Shown here: positions 37,701-46,367 of the stretch, one piece after another | Layout of the letters: each line of letters starts with the position of its first letter | How positions within the stretch are numbered: the stretch's first letter is position 1 | Assembly (NCBI GenBank): GCA_934168275.1 | Contig: CAKPNA010000002.1 | Location: forward strand, 46,779 to 110,778 | From: an uncultured Bacilli bacterium | Lineage (GTDB): Bacteria; Bacillota_I; Bacilli_A; RF39; UBA660 | Length of the DNA: 64,000 nucleotides | Reading direction: 5' to 3' | Made by a program: the position numbers and the translations under genes | Notes under the pieces: model-generated | Told to the model about the DNA's origin: nothing | Seen by the model: only the letters and a program-made list of their open reading frames with translations | Databases searched by the model: none

Positions 37701-39381
37701 ATTCAACATTATATCTTTTTACTAGGGCTGATAAACCATGTCTAGAAAATCCTTGGTCTAAGGCTCGTGATAATTCTAGGGTATCAATAACGGTATTAGT
37801 AAATTCTCCTAGATTATATTTTTTCATGGACATTTCAATAAATGAGATATCAAATTTGGCATTATGCGCAACCATTGGTAAATCGCCAGTCCACTCTAAA
37901 AATCTTTTAGTAACATTTTCTTCACTATCTTTACCTTTTAACATTTCATCAGTTATGCAAGTTAACTCAGTTATTTTTTTAGGCAATGGACGTTGTGGAT
38001 CAATTAATTCATCAAAGCGGTCAGTTATGACACCATCACATATTTTAACAGCACCTATTTCAATCATTTGATCACCATTAGCAGCATTAAAGCCAGTTGT
38101 TTCAGTATCGAATACAACAAAAGTAGTATGTTCTAGTGGATAATCTTTAGGTCTTACAACAATATTAACTGTATCATCTACTAATGTTAATTCTGTACCA
38201 TATAGTCCTTTAAACTTTTTACTTTCATCTTCTACTTTTTTATTATAATCAGTTATAAGACCATAAGCGATGGGAAAAGCTTGACAACCATTATGATCAG
38301 TTATAGCTACACCACGATAACCCATTTTAATAGCATTACTAACTAATTCACAAGTATGTTTACCTAAGTCTACTCTAGTAATACCATCCATTTGACTCAT
38401 CATCGTGTGAGCATGTAGTTCTACTCTTTTTACTTCAGCATTATCTACTACTTCCTCTGTTTTAGGGGAATCTATTTTTTCAATATCTTTATATCTAGTA
38501 TTAAATACTAATTCATTAGCATATCTATCCATAACTACTTTACCATAGAAGTTATACCAAGAACCTTGTTTTAATAAATCTTGTAATAGTTGGTATTCTT
38601 TATCATCTTTAGTAAATGTTTTTACATAGATACTATCAGTATTATCAGTTAGTTTTATTGTTATTATTTTATAACCACTTTTAGCTTCAAAATAATCAAT
38701 ACCAAATATTTGCCCTGATATATTAATATTATCTACTTCATATAATATATCTTTTAATTTTGTTATTTCACTACTCTTTTTAGGGCGATATGTTGGTTTA
38801 TCTACTACTTTTTCTTCTTTAGGTATTTCTTCTTTTTTAGGATAATCAATATTAATGTTACTATTTAATTCATGTTCAATAGTGGCTTTAATGTCTTTAT
38901 CCATGACTAAATTAGTTTCTATATTGGTAATATTAAAGCCATAATTAGATAATGACTCGGCAATATATTTAGAGGAAGACTTAATATCTTCTTTTTCAAC
39001 AATATTGTATATATCTATAACTAAAGTATTATCTTTAATATTAATAGTTCTATCTTTAAATACATTATACTTACTATTATTATCTGCTAAAGAGTGAATA
39101 ATATTTTCAAAATATAGAGATATTTTACTATTATCAATATTAGCAACTTCTATTTTTAAAACAACATCATTTACTTCCGTAAAGTTTTCTTTTAAACACA
39201 TTAATAATTTATTATAAGTATCTATCAATATTAAATTATCTGAATTAATAATAATTACCCAAGTATTATCTTTTTCTATTTGAATTTTTGATAAAGAACA
39301 ATTATCTAGTTCATTATTATCATCATGATAATTAATTGCCTCTAATAATTTTTTTAATTTACTACTCATTATTATCACCAC
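34738..39381 (-). CDS. polC: DNA polymerase III PolC-type alpha subunit
   Basis: About 1540 aa. Internal 3'-5' exonuclease domain ('FVVFDTETTGF', 'HNAKFDISF', 'HHRADYDAEG'). PHP domain and polymerase core. Defines the organism as a Firmicute or Tenericute. Confidence 0.95.
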   Translation of the reverse strand: MVIIMSSKLKKLLEAINYHDDNNELDNCSLSKIQIEKDNTWVIIINSDNLILIDTYNKLLMCLKENFTEVNDVVLKIEVANIDNSKISLYFENIIHSLADNNSKYNVFKDRTINIKDNTLVIDIYNIVEKEDIKSSSKYIAESLSNYGFNITNIETNLVMDKDIKATIEHELNSNINIDYPKKEEIPKEEKVVDKPTYRPKKSSEITKLKDILYEVDNINISGQIFGIDYFEAKSGYKIITIKLTDNTDSIYVKTFTKDDKEYQLLQDLLKQGSWYNFYGKVVMDRYANELVFNTRYKDIEKIDSPKTEEVVDNAEVKRVELHAHTMMSQMDGITRVDLGKHTCELVSNAIKMGYRGVAITDHNGCQAFPIAYGLITDYNKKVEDESKKFKGLYGTELTLVDDTVNIVVRPKDYPLEHTTFVVFDTETTGFNAANGDQMIEIGAVKICDGVITDRFDELIDPQRPLPKKITELTCITDEMLKGKDSEENVTKRFLEWTGDLPMVAHNAKFDISFIEMSMKKYNLGEFTNTVIDTLELSRALDQGFSRHGLSALVKRYNVEWDEDAHHRADYDAEGTAYVFYKMTQKLMDQNYNTVEDLEKLIPKDEIHKFGNTYHFNAIALNKTGLKNLFKIISLANTTYLYKTPRILRSKLNELREGLLIGSGCYESEVFILARSKEGEELTNIINFYDYVEVQPPEVYGHLIQTSDFKNEYEVKEHIKKVIEATINAGKIIVATGDVHHFYREDKIYREIIVNQKVPGGGRHPLAKSSITGIPSQHFRTTEEMLQDFDFLDKDLAYKIVVENTNKILDMADFIEVIIDTGGIPFSPRVKSDDGKSYLDCPRVVTDLVYNKAKDWYGDNLPYNIESRIATELYGDIVYKCWTSIIEKNNPDLSEEEKTKEIYANLHKTLIDGFNSVKTLLKDYLKDNWNTEEDGELDDTKLEKKLKKELGGIIGGGFDPIYLIAQRLVKHSNDDGFLVGSRGSVGSSFVATMMGITEVNPLPAHYRCSQCKLSIFDDEKGNSLGATYSSGFDLPDKECPNCHIPLIKDGQDMPFATFLGFNADKVPDIDLNFSDLNQASAHEYTKVLFGVDNVYRAGTIGTVAEKTAFGYVRGYFEDKGIMGKRNCEIERLAMGCTGVKRTTGQHPGGIVVVPDYMDVSDFTPFQFPAEDPTSPWRTTHFDYHAIDQDLLKLDILGHSDPTQLRMIQDLTKTDILKVPLDDKDTMSIFTSTKALGVTNEQIMCETGTLGIPEFGTPFTISMVAETKPTTFAELIKISGLSHGTDVWLGNAQDLIKNNIVPFKEVIGCRDDIMVYLMYHGVKPIKAFKIMEFVRKGKASKDKVTWEEHKKTMQEAGIEEWFIDSCEKIKYMFPKAHAAAYVISAFRIAWYKVHMPAYFYASWLSTKATDFDIEAMIKGYDAIKDKIIEIEGKGFDATNKENGMSESLHVALEATARGVKVAPFNLYKSKGLLFDVDTDGMTLIPPFRTIDGLGEVVAKNIEVEAKKHPFISIEDFQNRCKVSQTLIDKMRIMGIFEGMPETSQLSLF

Positions 39382-39484
39382 TTTACTATTTATTATATCA
39401 AAAATAAAAATTAATTAAAGAAAGTTTACAAAGTTTTTTACATAAATTTTAAATTAGCTCTCATAATAATATTGGGTGATCAAA

Positions 39485-39634
39485 ATGGCTAAGAACAAAA
39501 AGTCAAAAAGCTCAAATTCTGCTAATAGAAATAGTATGAATAATACACATGATTGTTCAAATAGTATGAATAATAAGTGTTCTGAAAATAATACTAACTC
39601 TAATAGTATGAATAACAAAAACAACCTATTTTAG
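39485..39634 (+). CDS. Possible small Asn/Ser-rich repeat peptide (49 aa), or a non-coding triple direct repeat
   Basis: GGGTGA Shine-Dalgarno 6 nt upstream. Translates to MAKNKKSKSSNSANRNSMNNTHDCSNSMNNKCSENNTNSNSMNNKNNLF. Three copies of AATAGTATGAATAA, 27-30 bp apart, underlie the NSMNN repeats. Confidence 0.2.
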   Translation: MAKNKKSKSSNSANRNSMNNTHDCSNSMNNKCSENNTNSNSMNNKNNLF

Positions 39635-39644
39635 GGTTGTTTTT
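39617..39644. terminator. Bidirectional rho-independent terminator
   Basis: AAAAACAACC-tattttag-GGTTGTTTTT, directly after the stop of the 39645..40139 gene. Confidence 0.6.
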
Positions 39645-40139
39645 CTATTTACTTAAAACTAATTTGTTAGCATTAGTATCTACTTCAAAATCATTTGTTA
39701 TTTTAGCATAAATATCTTCTAACTCTTCAGAAGTATATTCTTCTTTAATTATTCCGTCATAATATAAGATGAATTCAGTTAGAGGTATTGTTCTACATTC
39801 AGCATTAGCAGATTTATGATTTTCTTCTTGGTAGATAATATTGTTATTGCTAAAAGCATCATAGTATGTGCATTTCCAAGTTATTGGTTCTATTACTTTT
39901 CTTCCTATACCAATACTATCTTTGTCATCTGTCTTGGTTATAATAACATAATAGTTATTTAAATACATACTTTCTATAGCATTAGATGCAATATATTTGC
40001 CTTGGTCATCTTTCTTATATACAAAGCGTGATTTATATGTTTCAACGTGATGAGCTACTCCTGTTGCTCCGACCATTAAAGTAATGGCAGTAAGACTAGC
40101 TATTAATTTGTGATTAATACTTGTAAATTTTATTTTCAT
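39645..40139 (-). CDS. Secreted hypothetical protein (signal peptide)
   Basis: N-terminal 'MKIKFTSINHKLIASLTAITLMVGATGVAHH' is a signal peptide. No lipobox cysteine. Confidence 0.5.
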   Translation of the reverse strand: MKIKFTSINHKLIASLTAITLMVGATGVAHHVETYKSRFVYKKDDQGKYIASNAIESMYLNNYYVIITKTDDKDSIGIGRKVIEPITWKCTYYDAFSNNNIIYQEENHKSANAECRTIPLTEFILYYDGIIKEEYTSEELEDIYAKITNDFEVDTNANKLVLSK

Positions 40140-40195
40140 AGTAGATTTTCCTTTCTTAAGTTAGTATTATAACACTTTTTATTTATTTTACAAGT

Positions 40196-40696
40196 CTAAT
40201 ATATAGTACCATTATTGTTAGTATATTCTTCAAATACTTTCATGCATTCTTCACGATTTATTTGATGCATATCTAGTAATTTTAATTCTCTATTATTTAG
40301 ATATTCATAAATCATATCATCTCTAAAGCCAATGTTATTAGCGTCTACTTTATCGCAACCATAATAAACAGTTTTAATATTAGACCAAATAATAGCTCCT
40401 AAACACATAGGACACGGTTCACAAGTTGTATACATTATACAGTTTGACAAATCATAAGTATTTAATTTTTGACAAGCATTTCTGATAGCAATAACTTCAG
40501 CATGAGCCGTTGGATCATTATTTAGGATAACTTTGTTATTACCACAAGCAATAATATTACCTTCTTTATCAGTAATGACAGCACCAAAAGGTCCTCCTTC
40601 TTTGTTTCTAATACCATTTACAGCACTTTCTATAGCTTTATTCATTATAATATTCATATTATCTACTCCTTTTTTAGTGTATTTATAGTATATCAT
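40196..40696 (-). CDS. CMP/dCMP-type zinc deaminase (TadA/GuaD-like)
   Basis: 'HAEVIAIRNA' and 'CEPCPMCLGAI' are the zinc-binding motifs of cytidine/deoxycytidylate-type deaminases. Confidence 0.75.
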   Translation of the reverse strand: MIYYKYTKKGVDNMNIIMNKAIESAVNGIRNKEGGPFGAVITDKEGNIIACGNNKVILNNDPTAHAEVIAIRNACQKLNTYDLSNCIMYTTCEPCPMCLGAIIWSNIKTVYYGCDKVDANNIGFRDDMIYEYLNNRELKLLDMHQINREECMKVFEEYTNNNGTIY

Positions 40697-40700
40697 ATTT

Positions 40701-41072
40701 TTATGCTTTTTTATATTCTTTAATTATCCATGTCATAATAATAGCCACAATATAGTTTATTTCATTAGTAGTTAGGCTTCTATTAGGTGAGATATGATGC
40801 CATTTATAAAGGCAAGTCCGACAGCAACAACCGGTAGCATGCTGAGCAGTAAAGACCGGATGACCGTGAAATGGTGTCTGTTTACCATCATTGACAATTA
40901 CTTGGGGTGCTAATCTTTTATTTATAATATCATAGGTATCTTGACATATCTTTTCTAAGCCATGTTTATCTATATATAAGATATCTTTCTTAGTAAGATG
41001 GAAACTACTTCTAAATTTTGATAATGATAAAGATACTATTTTTTTACTAATTATATCTTGTTTATTTGGCAT
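40701..41072 (-). CDS. Conserved Cys-cluster protein (DUF4186-like)
   Basis: 'FHGHPVFTAQHATGCCCRTCLYKWHHI' cysteine/histidine cluster. The family assignment is recalled from memory. Confidence 0.45.
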   Translation of the reverse strand: MPNKQDIISKKIVSLSLSKFRSSFHLTKKDILYIDKHGLEKICQDTYDIINKRLAPQVIVNDGKQTPFHGHPVFTAQHATGCCCRTCLYKWHHISPNRSLTTNEINYIVAIIMTWIIKEYKKA

Positions 41073-41590
41073 AAATATTCGTTATTTTCTTTTTCATAAC
41101 CTAATGTTGTTGATTCACCATGTCCGGGATATATAGTAATGTCATTAGGATATTTCTTTATTTTTTCGATAGATAGTAACATGTCTTTAATATTACCGGT
41201 TGGTAAGTCCCATCTACCAATACCTAGTCTAAAAATGAAGTCGCCAACAAACATACATTTATTATCTTTAAAATAGATAGTTACAGAATCATTAGTGTGT
41301 CCATTAGTAGATATTACTTCAAATTGAAATGAGCCTATTTTGTTTATACCTTTTGATAAGTTAGTATTATCATATACGGATGAATGATATTTATTCACAA
41401 TATCTTGGACAGCGCCCGTATGATCACTATGATTATGAGTTAGAATGATTCCTACTACTTTCTTATTAATAAGATGTTTATCTATTTTAGGGAAGTCATC
41501 TCCTGGATCAATTACTAATACTTCATTATTTTTTTCTAAGATATAACAATTTGTTTGTAATATACCTACTACTTCTTTTTTTATATTCAT
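41051..41590 (-). CDS. MBL-fold metallo-hydrolase
   Basis: 'ILTHNHSDHTG' HxHxDH motif and a downstream 'PGHG'. Confidence 0.75.
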   Translation of the reverse strand: MNIKKEVVGILQTNCYILEKNNEVLVIDPGDDFPKIDKHLINKKVVGIILTHNHSDHTGAVQDIVNKYHSSVYDNTNLSKGINKIGSFQFEVISTNGHTNDSVTIYFKDNKCMFVGDFIFRLGIGRWDLPTGNIKDMLLSIEKIKKYPNDITIYPGHGESTTLGYEKENNEYLCQINKI

Positions 41591-41708
41591 ATTTCTTACC
41601 TACCTAGATAATAAAATACCACCTTTATTAATATTTGTCGATAACTTTTTTGTATAAATATTAGGAATTAATATTAAAATAATTATAGATAATAAGAAAG
41701 GATGAAAT

Positions 41709-42278
41709 ATGAACTTAATACCTACAGTTATTGAAAAAACTAATAATGGAGAGCGAGCTTATGATATATATTCAAGATTACTTAAAAATAGAATTATTCT
41801 TTTATCAGGGGAAATAGATGACAATTTAGCAAATAGTATTGTGGCACAGCTTTTATATCTTGATGGAGTTAATCATAGTGATATAAGTATTTATATTAAT
41901 TCACCAGGTGGTAGTATTACATCAGGAATGGCTATTTATGATACAATGAATTTTATTAAGAGTGATGTTTCTACTATCTGTGTAGGGATGGCTGCTTCTA
42001 TGGCTGCATTTCTTTTAGCTTGTGGTACAGAAGGAAAAAGATATTGCCTGCCTAATTCCGAGGTCATGATTCATCAGCCTTTAGGAGGTGCTCAAGGTCA
42101 GGCAACGGAAATTAAAATTGCGGCAGAAAGAATTATTAAACTTAAGAAAAAATTAAATACAATATTATCTAAACAAACGGGAAAAAGTTTAAGAAAAATT
42201 GAAAGAGATACCGAAAGAGATCATTATTTAGATAGTAAAGAGGCTTTAAACTACGGATTAGTAGATAAAATACTATAA
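41709..42278 (+). CDS. clpP: ATP-dependent Clp protease proteolytic subunit
   Basis: '[11 protein letters not shown]', '[11 protein letters not shown]' (catalytic Ser), 'MIHQP' (His). One of only four plus-strand features called in the window; the only plus-strand gene with a confident family assignment. Confidence 0.9.
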   Translation: MNLIPTVIEKTNNGERAYDIYSRLLKNRIILLSGEIDDNLANSIVAQLLYLDGVNHSDISIYINSPGGSITSGMAIYDTMNFIKSDVSTICVGMAASMAAFLLACGTEGKRYCLPNSEVMIHQPLGGAQGQATEIKIAAERIIKLKKKLNTILSKQTGKSLRKIERDTERDHYLDSKEALNYGLVDKIL

Positions 42279-42284
42279 TTTAAA

Positions 42285-42325
42285 AAAATGTAAACATTCA
42301 ATTTAAGTGAGTATGTTTGCATTTT
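42285..42325. terminator. Bidirectional terminator between the convergent clpP and PIN-like genes
   Basis: AAAATGTAAACAT-N15-ATGTTTGCATTTT, a 13-bp stem with one G:U pair, followed by T-runs on both strands. Confidence 0.55.
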
Positions 42326-42329
42326 TTAA

Positions 42330-42851
42330 TTAGTTATTAACCATGTTTCTTTCAATTCCTTTTATTAATTCTTCTAATATTTCATTTGGCATATAAACAG
42401 TAATATCTTCCAACCACGTTTTATAAATATCTAATAAGCGATTTTCATCAATTATCCCTTTTTCTTTTAAGTACTTTACGTACCAAATTGCCCCTCTTAC
42501 ATCAACATCACTATTTTTGTTAATAGATTTCTTTAACTTCCAATCACCGGTCAAAAGTATACCATTATTATCTCTAGCGGCAATATAACTAAAATAATCA
42601 AAGATACTATTTCTACGATTTTTCATATATAGATTTTGTGATTCTGCTACTTGCATTTCATTTAGAGAAATTGTTTTAATTTTAGATATTTTTTTAGAAA
42701 TAAGATTGGGCTTATGCTGATATTCTTGATAAAGTACTAAATCAACAATTCTTGCATTTTTATCGTTTGTTAATTCATCTAGAAGGTTAACTTTTTCAAG
42801 GTGTATTATAACATTAACATCAATTACAAAAATCAGATTTGAAAAATTCAT
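42330..42851 (-). CDS. PIN-like (DUF4411-like) putative nuclease
   Basis: N-terminal 'LIFVIDVNVIIHL' is the hydrophobic-Asp-x-Asn PIN strand-1 signature. Further acidic residues in 'AARDNNGILLTGD' and 'DVDVRG'. Overlaps the upstream HTH-ImmA gene by 32 nt. Confidence 0.5.
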   Translation of the reverse strand: MNFSNLIFVIDVNVIIHLEKVNLLDELTNDKNARIVDLVLYQEYQHKPNLISKKISKIKTISLNEMQVAESQNLYMKNRRNSIFDYFSYIAARDNNGILLTGDWKLKKSINKNSDVDVRGAIWYVKYLKEKGIIDENRLLDIYKTWLEDITVYMPNEILEELIKGIERNMVNN

Positions 42852-43869
42852 CAGTTGTTACCCCTAAATATTTAACTGCTTCATCCGTACTAATAATTTT
42901 TTCAGCTTCTAGTCTAAAAACGATTTTATCTCTTCTTGTAGGATGTTCATTTATGAGTTTTAATTGTTTAGTTCTCAATCCCGCTTTAGATAGCAATATA
43001 AATAAGTTTCTTTTTTGATTATCGTCTATTATTCCTAATGTATTAAGTCGCATAATTACAGCATTTATTGAAACTTTATATTCTTTAGCTATTAATATTA
43101 TTTCATTTATAGATACATTTCTTGTAGTACATATATTATTAAATTCAAATTCTTTTTTCATTGCCTTTGATGGCATTAATAAACATGATGCAAAGTAATC
43201 ACAGTATCTTTCCTTTTCCTTGTCTTCTATATCATTATCAAAATCTAAGATTAAATGACCTAGTTCATGAGCTAGCGTAAATCTATTTCTTTCATATCCT
43301 TTTGAAGATAATATTATGAAAGCAAGATTGTCGATGTATTCACAAAATCCATCAAATTTTTCTTCATAATCTATTTCTAAAATTAGAAAATTATTGTCTT
43401 CTAATTTATCAGTAAGATTATCTAAAGCACATTCATCTGATACTCCTAACATTTTGCGCACTTCAGTAGATATTTTCTCAATGTCATCACTTGAATTAAC
43501 TTTAAATCTCCATTTAGTCCTATCAAAAGAATAATCTTCATTAGCATAACTTAGTACCTCTAGATATTTGGCTATTTCATCGCTTATCAGCATGTACAAA
43601 CCTTTTTCTTTGGTTTTGGACATTTTAGATTGCTTTCTAAAATTTTCAAATTTTAATTTTGGAACTATAAAGGCATTTAAAAGATCAGATATATTAACAT
43701 TAAACAATTTAGATATTTGGATTATCCTTTCTGAGTTTGGTGTTATGATACCTTCTTCATATTTTTTTATTGTTTGATGCGAAACACCTAGCTTATCTGC
43801 CATTTCTCTCAAAGACATGCCTGATAATAGTCGATATTTTTTTATATTTCTTCCTAGCATAGAAATCAC
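42820..43869 (-). CDS. Fused XRE-family HTH and ImmA/IrrE (COG2856) zinc-metallopeptidase-domain regulator
   Basis: N-terminal 'IKKYRLLSGMSLREMADKLGVSHQTIKKYEEG' is an HTH_3 motif. The central 'FTLAHELGHLILD' is the HEXXH motif of the ImmA/IrrE family. Confidence 0.75.
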   Translation of the reverse strand: MISMLGRNIKKYRLLSGMSLREMADKLGVSHQTIKKYEEGIITPNSERIIQISKLFNVNISDLLNAFIVPKLKFENFRKQSKMSKTKEKGLYMLISDEIAKYLEVLSYANEDYSFDRTKWRFKVNSSDDIEKISTEVRKMLGVSDECALDNLTDKLEDNNFLILEIDYEEKFDGFCEYIDNLAFIILSSKGYERNRFTLAHELGHLILDFDNDIEDKEKERYCDYFASCLLMPSKAMKKEFEFNNICTTRNVSINEIILIAKEYKVSINAVIMRLNTLGIIDDNQKRNLFILLSKAGLRTKQLKLINEHPTRRDKIVFRLEAEKIISTDEAVKYLGVTTDEFFKSDFCN

Positions 43870-43986
43870 CCTTTACGTTTACATTTTATCATTTATATGT
43901 GTTTTTGTAAACCTTTTTTCTAAAAAAATATAATATTTAAATTATATGTAAATATGTATATTTTTTACCTAACTAAATATTATATA

Positions 43987-44688
43987 CTATTTTTTTAATA
44001 CTCTCTTTTTCACTTTATTTTTAGTTATTGGAGTACATAAATGATATGTAAATTCATTAGATAAGTCTTTTACTTTATCGATAGCATTAGTGTTTTTATA
44101 TATTGGTTGTGAATCATAGCTTATGGTTTTACCTTCAACATTATCGTTTAAGATATTTTCATACATAGTGGCAGTTTTGCTTTGTAATACAGTTGTTATT
44201 GGTAATAAAGCTCCTAAAAGATAGTATAATTCAGGTTTAATAGTAGCAAGTAAGCCGGTTATTATTGTAGGGAATAGCATTGCGGTTTTAAATTTTCCTA
44301 AACGAATAGTTGCTGGTTTAAAGCCTAACTTTTCTGATTTGTAATTAGTATGGGCTATTTTTATTTCATATAATAGTGGTATTAGCATTAAAATATTACC
44401 ACTTATAATACTAGGTGCTAGTAAAGATAGAGCAAATAATTTATCAGAAATAGCATCTAGTTTTCTACCAAGCTCTGAATAAGCATTTAGTTTACGAGCG
44501 GCTAAGCCATCAAAGAAATCACTAATAGCGCCATAGATATATGTGCCAAATGATAGATAATAATTACCCAAAATAAATGATATAGCTCCTACTATTGAGG
44601 ATATAATTCTAGATGTTGTTAGAGCATTTGGTATGTTTTTAATTATTTTATTTTTCATAGTTCCCCCTAACGATATATAATATATCAT
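43987..44688 (-). CDS. CDP-alcohol phosphatidyltransferase (PgsA-like)
   Basis: 'DFFDGLAARKLNAYSELGRKLDAISDKLF' matches D-G-x2-A-R-x8-G-x3-D-x3-D. Confidence 0.75.
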   Translation of the reverse strand: MIYYISLGGTMKNKIIKNIPNALTTSRIISSIVGAISFILGNYYLSFGTYIYGAISDFFDGLAARKLNAYSELGRKLDAISDKLFALSLLAPSIISGNILMLIPLLYEIKIAHTNYKSEKLGFKPATIRLGKFKTAMLFPTIITGLLATIKPELYYLLGALLPITTVLQSKTATMYENILNDNVEGKTISYDSQPIYKNTNAIDKVKDLSNEFTYHLCTPITKNKVKKRVLKK

Positions 44689-44716
44689 AATTTATAAATA
44701 ATAAATATATTCCAAA

Positions 44717-45637
44717 TTATTTTATTTCTTTAGCTACAACAACAAGTACTTTATTTTGATATTTACCGTATAGAATACATGTTTGTAGGACTAGTACATT
44801 ATCACTTTCAGAAAATACAATATCCGTTTTGTATAAACTTCTTTGGTGCATACGTTCAAAATGCATTAGCCAATCTAGTTCATTTTGATAATCGAATTGC
44901 ATATGTTCTTCTTTAGATTTTTTATCAGCAGGATATATACTAAATATTTGATATTTACGAACTTCGTTATCTATTTTTAATTCAAGGCTTGGATTACTTC
45001 TAAAATATTCTTCATCAAATAAATATTTTTCTAGTATTCTAAGTGGTGGATCATAATTACCTGAGTTATGGCCATAGATATTGATTTGTCTTGATGTTGC
45101 ATCGTGTCTATAGTCAACGAAGACACTACCTATAATACTATATTCTTTTGTTATAGAATGATTTAAATAGTAATCATTATCACTACCTTTTACTATGGGA
45201 ATGCTAGTATCTTGATTACTTATGGATAAGATCCCATACACATCACTATTATTAAACTTCATTTTCAATTCATCTATTTCGTTTTTGATACTTTCGTCTT
45301 CAATCATTTCTTCAGTTGGTATTTTTCTTGGAATTACTGCTTCAATTAGTTCTTGTCGTGTCTTTGCTTCTTCTTTCTTTTTAAAATATAGTAAGATAGA
45401 TAAAACAATTATGGCAATGATAATAATAGTAATTATAATATCAAAGATAATATTTATATTCTTTTTCTTAATTGTTGTACTTTTGGCTAATTCAGTATTT
45501 GTTTTTGACTGATTTTTATTATCTGGTAATGTATTTGATTCAATTTTCTTTTTTGATGTAGTACTAATTTCTTTCTTTGGTGCTGATAATGATTTCTTTT
45601 TTGATATTTTTTCTTTGTTATTTAATTCATCTTTCAT
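44717..45637 (-). CDS. Class B sortase with long Lys/Ser-rich N-terminal region and TM anchor
   Basis: 'NIYGHNSGNYDPPLRILEKYLFDEEYF' (His motif) and 'VLVLQTCILYGK' (TLxTC-type Cys motif) match class B sortases. Confidence 0.65.
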   Translation of the reverse strand: MKDELNNKEKISKKKSLSAPKKEISTTSKKKIESNTLPDNKNQSKTNTELAKSTTIKKKNINIIFDIIITIIIIAIIVLSILLYFKKKEEAKTRQELIEAVIPRKIPTEEMIEDESIKNEIDELKMKFNNSDVYGILSISNQDTSIPIVKGSDNDYYLNHSITKEYSIIGSVFVDYRHDATSRQINIYGHNSGNYDPPLRILEKYLFDEEYFRSNPSLELKIDNEVRKYQIFSIYPADKKSKEEHMQFDYQNELDWLMHFERMHQRSLYKTDIVFSESDNVLVLQTCILYGKYQNKVLVVVAKEIK

Positions 45638-45751
45638 ACTATTTCCCCTCCTCGTTTCAAATTAACTATATTATACACTAATAATTAAAAATTGCTAGTT
45701 TTTTCTACATATTTTTTAGTGTGTAAAAAAACTATTAACTTCCGCTAATAG

Positions 45752-46315
45752 TTAATTTGGTTTGTTAGTAGCACTTACTACTAGTTCCATATTAAATGAT
45801 TCTCCAACAATCTTTTCGTTTAAATCCATGCTCTTATCTAGCCATATATATAAAGTATATGTTGTTGAGGTAGTGCTAAGAGCAATGTTAGATTTAATTG
45901 CATATGTACCGGCTGATTTTCCTGAGAAAGTGCCCTGTGCTAATACAGTACTGCCACTTACTAAAGCATATTTAAATCCGGCTTCGCTTTTTAAGTTTGT
46001 GCCAATACTATTTATTTTTATAGATATAGTTCCATAAATAGTACTATTGATATTACAACTGTTAGAGCCACTAGCATATCTATAAAATGTTATTGTAGTA
46101 GATGCTCCACCAGTATAACTAGCACTTGGCATAAAATTACTTGAAGTTAGATTTGTTCCTTTCGTGTATCTTACACAATTATTAATATTTCCAAGTGATG
46201 CATTTATATTGACATTATTACTTCTTCCTGACCAATATGCAAATGTTCCACCAACTGTTAAGCATATTATAGCAACTATTATTAATAAGTAATTAACTGT
46301 CTTCATCTCTATCAC
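45752..46315 (-). CDS. TasA/camelysin-like secreted protein with SipW-cognate-type signal peptide
   Basis: N-terminal 'NYLLIIVAIICLTVGGTFAYWSGRS' resembles the GGTxAxF motif of SipW-dependent signal peptides. Ser/Thr/Gly-rich beta-type body and no C-terminal LPXTG. Confidence 0.45.
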   Translation of the reverse strand: MIEMKTVNYLLIIVAIICLTVGGTFAYWSGRSNNVNINASLGNINNCVRYTKGTNLTSSNFMPSASYTGGASTTITFYRYASGSNSCNINSTIYGTISIKINSIGTNLKSEAGFKYALVSGSTVLAQGTFSGKSAGTYAIKSNIALSTTSTTYTLYIWLDKSMDLNEKIVGESFNMELVVSATNKPN

Positions 46316-46367
46316 CTACACTAATAGAATTATATCATAATAAATTAAGTATTGCAATAAGCAATAC

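Noticed and set aside
41600-41708. CtsR operator (heptad direct repeat RGTCAAA) upstream of clpP and clpC.
   Set aside because: No GTCAAA-type tandem heptads are visible upstream of either gene.
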